From Chrysochromulina tobinii (Eukaryota), in NCBI GenBank assembly GCA_001275005.1, contig JWZX01003281.1:1-39443 (forward strand): 39,443 nt of DNA, in the 5' to 3' direction. A program made the translations under genes and the position numbers. Below the pieces are notes generated by a model. It saw nothing but the letters and a program-made list of their open reading frames with translations, was not told where the DNA came from and did not search any database. Positions 21,901 through 27,884 of this stretch are shown here, in pieces (within the stretch, counting starts at the first letter, position 1; every line of letters starts with the position of its first letter).

Positions 21901-24900
21901 ACCGTGGACGGAAGGGCCGTGCTCTCCGACGCTCCACTGCCCGAGTGGGCGGTGGACGTGCAGCCCGAGTGGCGCGTCGGGCTCGGTGCGCGTACCAATG
22001 CGCGCCGGGGCGAGCTCCATGTCGTCGACAATCTCATCTTCGAGATCAGCCCCTCGCTCGAAGCGTCTCCAGCTCGCCTCGAAGTCACCCTCAATGGCCA
22101 ACAGTATTCTACGGACGACACGCGGCTGCGCTACCTTGGCAATGCTCAGGTGAGCTTGGCGGGCCCCGCCCTCGGGCCTGCACACGGTGGCACGCGGGTG
22201 CTGGTGCACGGAGCGTCGATGCATGGCGGCTCAGCGTATCGCTGCCGCTTCGGTGCGAGGGTAGTCGAAGCAGCTTTCGAGCCAGCAAGCACCTTGGACG
22301 GACGGCTTGTGTGCACATCGCCACCGCTCGCAGAGGCGCTCGATGGCCTCCGTGTCCTCAACGGCAGCCGCGCCGAAGCAGGTAGCGCCGAAGCAGGTAG
22401 CGGCGTGATTGGCATTGGTGACGATGGCAGCGGTGACGGGGGCAGTGGCGACGGGGCTATGCTCGGTTATGATAGCCAGGGTGAGGTACGTGGCAACGTT
22501 ACGCTGACCATCTCCCTGAACGAGCAAGACTTCGAGCCGTCCACACTCACGTTCTCCTACTATGAGCACCCGATCATCCTCGCCATCTCGCCGCACGCGG
22601 GACCCGTGCGCGGCCAGACGCGCGTCACGGTCATCATGAGCGCATCCGAAGCCGGCGGGCTGCCTTGGAGGCCGGATTTGATCCCCTTGACGGCGCGAGC
22701 AGAGTGCCGCTTCGGCTCCGAAAAGGTGGTGCCTGCCTCGTGGGGGGGAGGGATAATTGCTACTGAGCCCTACCATGATAATGAAAGCCAGCTAGCGTCG
22801 CCACCAATCAACGCCACTGGGTTGGCTCTGACGTGCGTCACGCCCATGCTCACGGCTGGCCAACACCCGCTCTCCATGTCTCTCAATCGTCAAGACTACC
22901 GGCTCGACGGCTCGCCCAATTTTACTTTCTACGAGCCCAGTGCGATCAGTTCGGTGCTGCCTTCAGGTGGACCTCGACGCGGCGGCACCATCGTCACGCT
23001 CACCGGCACGCTCGCGCCGGCGCACGTCAGTGCTCGGCCCGCCCTGTGTCGCTTTGGCCGGCACGCCGTTGCAGCGACGGTCGATACCGCTCAGGGCGCA
23101 CTGCGATGCACGTCGCCCTCGGCAGCCGCAGCCGGTGTTGAGATCGAGGGAGATATGCTGGCCTCGGATGGGCAGCTGCCGCTCGATACAGCGCAGTTGG
23201 AGATGAGCCGTTGGAACGGAACACTGCCCACCGGCGTCACTGGAGCCTCGCACGCCGCCTACACTGCTGCCATTGGGGGCCGTGCGCAGCGCGGCAGCGA
23301 AGCCAGGTCGATCGTGCTCGTGCAAGGTGCGGAGCATGCGGCGGGCCACCTCGCCATCATCCCGCACCGGATCGGCGAGCATGTGGCCCTGCGCTGGTTC
23401 GAGGCGCACTTCGAAGCCTTCAGCTATGGGACGGCTGGCCTCTCCATCTCCGTCGGCGACGTGCCAGGGTACGTGGGGCAGTCCGGCGGTGGCTCGGCAT
23501 TGCGTGTGCTCTTCGCGAAGCGCTGGCGCTCGCTCACGATCTCGTACGCGGGCGAGCGGCTGCGTGTGGTGACGCTCGAGGAGGACCAGCTCCAGGGGCT
23601 GGATCCGGACGACGAGTGGTTTGGTGTGGACTGCACCTCTGGGGCCGATGGTCGAGTGGACTGCGCGAACGTGCCGCCCAGGTGGCGCTCCGTGCGGCTC
23701 GCCTATTTGGAGGACGGCCTGCATCTCTCCTTCGACGAGCAGCCGATTGTCACCGGCCTGGCGCTTCCGCGCTGGGCCCCGGCGAGTGACTGGCGCCTCG
23801 TCTTCGGGGCGAGTACCGAGTTTGGCTACGGAAGGCTCGCGCTCCGTGCCCTGAGGCTGCGCACCGACGCAGCTGTGGGCTCCATCCCTCTGCCACTCTC
23901 CGTGAGCCTCAACGGGCAGCAGTTCGAGCCGGAGGACTCCTTTGCTCAGTATGCGCATCCCGAGATATGGTCGGTGGCGCCCTCGGCTGGTCCTGTGCTG
24001 GGTGGCACACGTATCCTGGTCCGCGGCCTCACATTCGGCATCTCCGCGTCCGAGCACCGTTGCCGCTTTGGCGTCGACGGTCTCGTCGATGCGACGCGCT
24101 ACGAGGCCACTGGCCTCCTCGCATGCATCTCTCCCGCTCTCACCGACTCGTCCCTGCTCGCCGCTGCCAACGGCACAAGGGCAGGTACGGCTCCGATGGT
24201 GCACTTAGCCACCTTGAACTTCACCATTGAGCTCCGCAGGGACGGGCAGCTCCTCGGCTCGGAGCCCGCCGGGCAGGGCTCGTTCACCTACTACACTGTC
24301 GGCGCCATAGCTGGCCTAGGACTGCACCCGGCCAGTGGGCCGATCAACGGCGGCACGCTTCTGAGCCTTGTTGTCGGCGGCCTGGCGAACAGCAGTGGGC
24401 TCTTCTCGATCTCGTGCCGCTACGACCTTCGCGGGCTGCGAGTGGCTCGGCGTGCCGTCGACCTCGCGCGAGCGGCGGATGTGGAACTGGTCGCGTCGGC
24501 TGCGGGCTTCAACGCCAGCCGCGTCGAGCAGCCCGCACTCACGGTCGCCGCGTCGTATGGCACAGCGGTTGGCGGCATAGAGGGACGAGCGATCCTCTGC
24601 CTCTCGCCAGCAGTCAATTTGACGGATGCGCAGATGATCGCAGGCTCCGGTGCCGAGCTGCCGGTAGCTATCTCTCTCAATGCGCAGCAGTACACGCCGC
24701 TTCAGATTGCCTTCCACCTGCATGAACATCCACAGCTCGCACTCGTCAGCCCGGCGTGCGGCCCAGTCGGCGGCGAGACCCGACTGACCGTTGTGGGCGA
24801 CCAGCTCCGGGGCGGATCTGCGTACCGCTGCCGCCTGGGCAACTCGTCCGCAACCAACGCCACATACGAGAGCACACTGCAAGGTGACTTGATCCATTGC

Positions 24901-25404
24901 GCGACGCCAAGAGAGGGCCTGACGACGCTACTCAGGGGCGAGATCCACGGCGGCCAACGGTCGCCGGCCGTGCTGTACGTCTCTCTCAATGCACAGCAGT
25001 ACGTGGACGTCCCTACGGGTCGATTGGCGCCCGGCACGGCGCCAGGCTTCGCGCCCGCCGACGCCTTCAGCCTCTACCTCGACCCCCCGCGTGCCAACCT
25101 CGTGCGGCCGATACCCGATGAGTCGCTTCCCGTCGTTCCGAGCTTCGTGGCCTCGCTGGACTCGCGCAACGGCACTCGTAGTGGCGTCGTGACCATCTTC
25201 TCGCACGTCTACTTTGGCGGGTGCGACTATCGCTGCCGCTTTGGTGGCTCAGGTGCTGCCACGGCGACCGGTAGCTTCCGGGAGCGCGACGGCGGCATTC
25301 GATGCCAAGCGCCCATTCGGCCAGCGGACACCTCTGTGGAGCTCTGGGTCTCGCTCAACGGGCAGCAGTTTGTACCCACCAACACGACGCTCACTTGGAC
25401 GTGA
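12874..25404 (+). CDS. Giant secreted IPT/TIG-repeat protein, 3' part (end of IPT 18 to IPT ~41, four lectin domains, ELRAAGF repeats)
   Basis: Frame of ORF 12754..25404. It completes the IPT repeat begun in the upstream frame (SDYVCRF ... ASFVSDHEVRCATP ... TLNGQQY). It has no signal peptide of its own and no C-terminal transmembrane helix. Confidence 0.88.
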   Translation, partial: GGSEPDRFLPPPCCSNLAPPSMRCLGHNHSCTAASFVSDHEVRCATPEVLTPRLMSVQLTLNGQQYALGTPTILVYPPPVINYSVPSRGSMSGGTSVLVHGRDFMPTVASQAQAPSSLPTLRCAFGPQKVPGTALSSSVVRCFTPPGASAGALNEIRIGGTGNASADMLSAQMLRIGTRGPPSWTRLSRGGDGRAGEVQAAGAGSMQSGSASASAGGAYDMSGRSEASDTYDHGTHATFDRGHTYRHNGSSTSFGGELDGSPLMLYGDSRLEDGLLKLTRSIRNGADRQEIGFVILRDEAFFAPPQRSFTFDFLLRMGGTYNEPGGEGFSISYGDLPNPPSGIGERGAGLGLRILMRTYVHNQLLIMWAGDIVYSMGVDDLRTRADGEFAHVHIRMLGQVLELWYRGVSLIHELRCPWFEPRVEWTWALGARAGQRGDDHWIGNFTMRSSHSVHEVGAVELRVSLNDQEYTPGPTPFYVYYGEPSLTPGAAPCRAPSTSTCALAFSPTSGPSTGGTRVLMDGEALGHGYPYTCRFGNAPYPHDPFYPSDSAGHYARLSAMVAGCTEDPLNTLLPLSARGDAATCMAPPPVSTAYSHDPYADRDDSSVSKSIVPAGYVPGTTAGRNGTVRVFGSALCVAPAAQTLPVPANATSLVVLEISLNAQDYTRNGANFTYYAPPAVLGLSPSSGPLAGGTRVLVLGANLTGGSDYRCAFGTRSLQRSPVGNSTTAPVFAEAETLSATMLVCTTPPHLAPPRSLDVAVTLNGQQYSARTAPFSVHAPVDVLALSPASGPRLGATEVTLSGGPFANGSDYRCRFIPNAQSSEYWRESAGVLGGAEYWNELGAVNATVVGEAVNASALRCVSPPQLRPLVAHIETTLNGQQYTTSRRRFEYTDSLLTVSSVSPSSGPHHGGTRLVVHGHGLRLGAHYCCRLDGIVLPASLETAGRGTRLLWNGTHGVPAISNASAVDAVRCITPDAAQPNMTNQTLTSTNLTSSSVRLGVPLSVSIATNCQQYSAPHAGVTFTYFGSPPESIGSSTELGWPSSRPPVPPTPPVPGLTDFAALPLKALNFSARDLRVSGHQVSQLINTSGFTAAELWNGGYTIDELRVGGFGAHELSQAGASAAELRAGGFTSVELRAAGFSALELELGGYSRPHLFAAGFVATAVSPASGPNDGNTNVTVFGGPFANGSDYRCRFTPLMLLVPGTPSADGSRLHCQSPAVSVRQLHTAIRRTAAPPPPAPVITPRQAAINARLPYEALYEPETFDSYNQLVRIAVAEQNAAAAAAHSAAAAAAALPPPPGSLPTGTVSAALEVTLNGQQFSMNTFLFETYAAPMISSLSPASGPIVGGTLLQLVGRELGHGSHRLCRFAMAPPPPAEVASGEGGSGDEATNSTHALVHVGPAANTAEWQQIRVAGAEVLAATVTASVVAGGGALLCRTPLTSSALALPSVVEVALNGQQFTSGGARFDFFHPPAFSAVYPLLGPPAGGTSVLLTGTGFHDFGRVSAFPGAREDLRCRFGNETVFVLAPTTWVQESGVRCTSPPLSQLEVMGELRYSFDAQPNASALLGDAHIADGILVLTQPTPRQIGTFVVRPDRLVPAPTAFDASFEVLIGGGTTAWYDNAHLGDYQRGYEPLSGMGFAFNFGPFDSDVANGRRWPEGFGTAFGEQGAPHGRGLRVALITYTSRLLEVAYDGAMLIRVPLGSELRILSWALMRVLYVAAEPGAPEGSGGLSVWYDGVRRVTNLTVPGWAPNASWSWALSASTQYETATDAHWVDNLVIQGANLSLGVEFPVALTLNRREVYETGQAFRYAPSPVLSRIHPTGGPLAGGTVVSLFGVNLANGTHYKCRFGGEAPTPALGGPVLDGPVPGSLPLEQFMTPATYTGDAELAAGPSYAAFGEVLGAGVVRCVSPNVSAFVEPNRTATGDVVTLELSVNGQEYTQQSHSFSRYAPILTAVYPMSGPLAGAFRIELSGANLADGSEYRCRFELPFNVSTPRSEISPSPPPSAPLFWLKPPSPPPPQPLPELGSGDSGSGSGDSGSGGSGSGDSGSGDRGSGDIGSGDSDSGSGSPDEQGAVPTSATSDAFLHARFLVTEARLEPDARTAGRRPAHDAVVCSVPAEARYLLLRESDRRGEASELKVAVSLNAQQYTSGSESEVWWPASIASLVLYPPPTLTSISPSSGPALGGTRIAVSGANLTSGSNYTCRFNEFSREALPGTLETSLGSSVRCIAPPVVLQPCTSPSIACRVLSQRISPLDVAPNGQDYADRAAAGLQHFVSFRPPELDSITPSSGPSAGATVVDIGGVRPPTGGSDYRCRFVSAALANATALNTTATRGLPSVTVHATFDETRGVVRCVTPGLIATNATASAAVLVALNGQQYHGQVLSDGEADQVTGSMTFRFYGMPSVTAISPSCGPIEGATNLTVSGTQLGGGSDNRCRFADRPSSPSSSSQHSATARRFGGALVVNASTSAYYDGGSGSLWCLTPAGLASAVALYVEVTLNGQESTADGVTLVRYAPIALGAISPASGPVNGATMLRIEGVGAVRGLASSNGCDVRCRFASGSSVAPLDTPAVLPDLASGSVQCESPRGVGSGTLELSLNGQQYSSSRLHFAAYPPIVLHRIAPPLGPLAGGTTVLLHASNLSAVGTDLRCRFSTLDGPFVDAIATRVELAEGGAALSCLTLPRAVGVDQVRITLNGQQFSPPVQYSVLPRARVHSIYPLATPERGGIVLTVHGEGFASTDGQPELLRCQIGATTVIGTLLNQSAVRCTTPPAQAAGLARRVHLNVEQATLYRIDPTINARPEWEIPYLGYAQPTGAWPLPAPHEDVPYEAVLWWSGDSTLADLGASLFGDARLFRGSIVLTEVTESQRGGFLFLPPTVGSRAGTIKPPRASVHLTNSSTPFPTAFRLSLELTMGTGLPVTMEPPLSERESGDGFSISIGELPNAAAGELGSGNGLRISLLTRRNLLSVSYAERSLLSTPLPDAERLRSNTSFPIELIMRTNRLSLTVDGRAVLSDAPLPEWAVDVQPEWRVGLGARTNARRGELHVVDNLIFEISPSLEASPARLEVTLNGQQYSTDDTRLRYLGNAQVSLAGPALGPAHGGTRVLVHGASMHGGSAYRCRFGARVVEAAFEPASTLDGRLVCTSPPLAEALDGLRVLNGSRAEAGSAEAGSGVIGIGDDGSGDGGSGDGAMLGYDSQGEVRGNVTLTISLNEQDFEPSTLTFSYYEHPIILAISPHAGPVRGQTRVTVIMSASEAGGLPWRPDLIPLTARAECRFGSEKVVPASWGGGIIATEPYHDNESQLASPPINATGLALTCVTPMLTAGQHPLSMSLNRQDYRLDGSPNFTFYEPSAISSVLPSGGPRRGGTIVTLTGTLAPAHVSARPALCRFGRHAVAATVDTAQGALRCTSPSAAAAGVEIEGDMLASDGQLPLDTAQLEMSRWNGTLPTGVTGASHAAYTAAIGGRAQRGSEARSIVLVQGAEHAAGHLAIIPHRIGEHVALRWFEAHFEAFSYGTAGLSISVGDVPGYVGQSGGGSALRVLFAKRWRSLTISYAGERLRVVTLEEDQLQGLDPDDEWFGVDCTSGADGRVDCANVPPRWRSVRLAYLEDGLHLSFDEQPIVTGLALPRWAPASDWRLVFGASTEFGYGRLALRALRLRTDAAVGSIPLPLSVSLNGQQFEPEDSFAQYAHPEIWSVAPSAGPVLGGTRILVRGLTFGISASEHRCRFGVDGLVDATRYEATGLLACISPALTDSSLLAAANGTRAGTAPMVHLATLNFTIELRRDGQLLGSEPAGQGSFTYYTVGAIAGLGLHPASGPINGGTLLSLVVGGLANSSGLFSISCRYDLRGLRVARRAVDLARAADVELVASAAGFNASRVEQPALTVAASYGTAVGGIEGRAILCLSPAVNLTDAQMIAGSGAELPVAISLNAQQYTPLQIAFHLHEHPQLALVSPACGPVGGETRLTVVGDQLRGGSAYRCRLGNSSATNATYESTLQGDLIHCATPREGLTTLLRGEIHGGQRSPAVLYVSLNAQQYVDVPTGRLAPGTAPGFAPADAFSLYLDPPRANLVRPIPDESLPVVPSFVASLDSRNGTRSGVVTIFSHVYFGGCDYRCRFGGSGAATATGSFRERDGGIRCQAPIRPADTSVELWVSLNGQQFVPTNTTLTWT
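13660..14220 (+). other. L-type lectin domain 3
   Basis: LYGDSRLEDGLLKLT...FTFDFLLRMG...GEGFSISYG...WALGARAG...HWIGNF. Confidence 0.65.
16066..16356 (+). repeat. Block of ~9-10 decapeptide repeats (consensus xxELRAxGF[ST])
   Basis: GFTAAELWNG GYTIDELRVG GFGAHELSQA GASAAELRAG GFTSVELRAA GFSALELELG GYSRPHLFAA GF. Confidence 0.85.
17570..18222 (+). other. L-type lectin domain 4
   Basis: LLGDAHIADGILVLTQPTPRQIG...FDASFEVLIG...GMGFAFNFG...WALSAST...HWVDNLVI. Confidence 0.7.
18958..19086 (+). repeat. 15-bp coding tandem repeat encoding (GSGDS)n
   Basis: GGCTC(A/G)GGGGACAGT-like units; protein GSGDSGSGSGDSGSGGSGSGDSGSGDRGSGDIGSGDSDSGSGS. Confidence 0.9.
21424..22044 (+). other. L-type lectin domain 5
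   Basis: LFGDARLFRGSIVLTEVTESQRGG...FRLSLELTMG...GDGFSISIG...WRVGLGART...HVVDNLIF. Confidence 0.65.
23270..23865 (+). other. L-type lectin domain 6 (more divergent)
   Basis: IGGRAQ...SIVLV...WFEAHFEAF...GLSISVG...WRLVFGAST...LRALRL. Confidence 0.55.
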
Positions 25405-25720
25405 CCCTCGTAAGAGAGCTGAGAGGCCCCCAGATAGGCACATGTATTTAGGGACCTAGGCATTTTGAGTAGTCGTTATTGAGACGAGAGACGAGTCAGA
25501 CTCAGAGAACGAGAGTGGGTGCTGGGTGGCTCAACTAGTCAGAATACCCCAACGCAACTAGTCAGAAGGACATGGCATTTAGGCAGATTACAGTGAGAAA
25601 TACTACGGAAGTGCACGCTCCCAAGCTGCGGAGACCCACGCGCCTGACCACGCGCCCGGTTCGGCGCTCGTCACAGGCGTGGAGGTGGGCGATCTGAGAA
25701 ATCCTCAAGCGAGTCGGCGA

Positions 25721-27578
25721 ATGTGGGCGGTCCTCTTCCACTGCCTCGCCCTCGCGAGCGCAGTGCAAACGGCTGTTCCAGCACCGCGCTGTGCGGCCCC
25801 TGCATTGCGCCGCCTCGTGCCGCCAGTAAACCGCCTTGACGCGCCGACCGAGGAAGATTCTGCAGAGGCATTTGTTGCCAGCGGCAGTGTTGGCGGCGTG
25901 GGCGCTTGGGTGCAGCAGAACGTGATGCAGGGTGTGGCCGGTGGGCCTGCGACGTACACGGTGATGACCGTTTACTTTGTGCAGGGCATCCTCGGCCTCG
26001 CGTCCCTCGCACGCACATACTTTCTCAAGGAGAACCTCCATCTGGGTCCAGCCGAGTCTTCCGCACTGCTCGGCATCGCGTCGCTGCCGTGGGTCATCAA
26101 GCCCGTGTACGGCTTCCTGACCGATGCGCTGCCCATCCTGGGCTACCGCCGCAAGCCCTACCTCATCATGGCCGGCCTGCTCGGCGCGGCGGGCTGGGCG
26201 TCGCTCGCGACGTGGGTGCACACGCCCGCGCAGGCCATCCTGGCCTCAACGGTCGCCTCACTCGGCGTGGCCATGTCGGACGTGGTGGTGGACTCGCTCG
26301 TGGTGGAGCGCGCACGCGACGATGCCTCCGCCTCCTCGGGCGCGCTCCAGTCGCTATGCTGGTCGTGCTCGTCGTTTGGGGGCCTTGCGTCTGCTTACCT
26401 ATCGGGCTCGCTGCTCGAGACCATGACACCTCAGCAGGTCTGATCGCGTCTGATTGAGTCTGATTGCATCTGATGGCCTCTGATGGTGTCTGATTGGATC
26501 TGATTGCATCGTCTGCTCAATCAGGTCTTCGGGATCACCGCCGTCTTTCCGCTCCTCGTGAGCGCGATCTCGCTCAATCTGGCTGAGGAGAAGGTGGTTT
26601 CATCCCAAACGAGGGGCGAGGACTCGGCGGACGCAATGGCTGGCGGCGCGACGACGACCGGCGACGGCGCGACCGCCCGCAACGGTGTGATCGCTCGCGA
26701 CGGCGCGCTGGGCTCGTTCGGAGCACAGGTGGGCGATCAGGCGGCTCTGCTGTGGGGGGCCGTGAGCCAGCGGCGCGTCTGGCTGCCCGCACTGTTCATG
26801 CTGCTCTGGCAAGGCACACCGAGCTCGGGCGGCGCCTTCTTCTACTTCCTGACCGATGAGCTCGGCTTTGGGCCCGAATTCCTCGGGCGCGTGAGCGTGG
26901 GCACGTCGATCGCCTCGCTGGTGGGTTGGCTCAGATTGGTCCAGATTGTTCCAGATTGTTCCAGATTGCGCCCGATGGGGTCCGGCCGATGCGAGTGCGC
27001 CTGATTGATACCTTGACCATCTCTCCTTGCCTCTTTGGATGCAGCTGGGCATCTGGCTCTACCGGACCTATTTGCAAGAAGTGCCCATCAAGGCGCTCTT
27101 CCGCGGCCTCGCGCTGACCGGTACGGCGCTCGGGCTCTCGCAGCTGCTGCTCGTTACGCACTACAACCGCGTGCTCGGTATCCCAGACGCGCTCTTCACC
27201 TTTGGCGATGACGTCGTGCTCACGGTGCTCGGCCAGCTCGCCTTCATGCCGCTGCTCGTGCTCGCCGCCTCCCTGTGCCCACCCGGCGTCGAGGGGACGC
27301 TGTTCGCACTGCTCATGTCTGGCTTCAACGCCGCGGGCATCTTGGGCACGGAGCTCGGCGCGATGCTCACTGCATGGCTCGGCGTGAGCGCAAGTGAGGA
27401 GGGGGGGGGCATCGACTTCACCAACCTCGGCCTGCTGATTACTATCTGTAATCTCTCTTCGCTGCTGCCGCTGCTCGCCCTCGATTGGCTCGACGAGGCG
27501 CCCGTCACGGCGCCCGCGGCCAGCGGCAGCGCTCCGCGGGCGCCGAACGAGAACGCGCAGACTCGAAGTGAGACCTAA
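25721..27578 (+). CDS. BT1-family folate/biopterin transporter (MFS), ~548 aa, 3 exons: 25721-26437, 26525-26920, 27045-27578
   Basis: Motifs VYFVQGILGL, LPWVIKPVYGFLTDALPILGYRRKPY, DVVVDSLVVER, FFYFLTDELGFGPEFLGRV and LCPPGVEGTLFALLMS. GT-AG introns 26438-26524 and 26921-27044 join in frame. The N-terminus looks like a signal plus transit peptide (plastid targeting is inferred). Confidence 0.92.
26438..26524 (+). repeat. Intron made of ~7 tandem 10-bp nTCTGAT(T/G)Gn units
   Basis: gtctgatcgc gtctgattga gtctgattgc atctgatggc ctctgatggt gtctgattgg atctgattgc. Confidence 0.9.
26928..26977 (+). repeat. Intronic 10-bp tandem repeat (CCAGATTGTT-like)
   Basis: ggctcagatt ggtccagatt gttccagatt gttccagatt gcgcccgatg. 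Confidence 0.85.
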
Positions 27579-27884
27579 CTCTGCTTGGAGAGCCTTGATG
27601 CGGAGATGCTGGAAATGTCGTGCTGCAGAGGCGCGTGTTACTCGTTAGTTTTACTTACACTTACTCAGCAACACATGCAGAGGGCAGAGGCATGGACTGA
27701 GCCGGCCCCGCGCCCGTCTAGACGTTGAGACGTCCTTTCAGCTTTCCTCCCGGTCGGCATGTCGTCCGCGGCCGCACCGCTTCCGGTGTCCGCAAAGTCG
27801 GCGTCCGCAAAGTCGCAGTCGTGGCCATCTGTCAGTTACGGCGAGCGCTTTGAGGACCGTCCGCGGCCGACCGGGCGGCCTCGC

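Noticed and set aside
3950..25206. Many 100-470 aa antisense and alternate-frame ORFs overlapping the giant gene
   Set aside because: They are shadows of high-GC codon usage, Arg/Ala-rich and without recognisable motifs.
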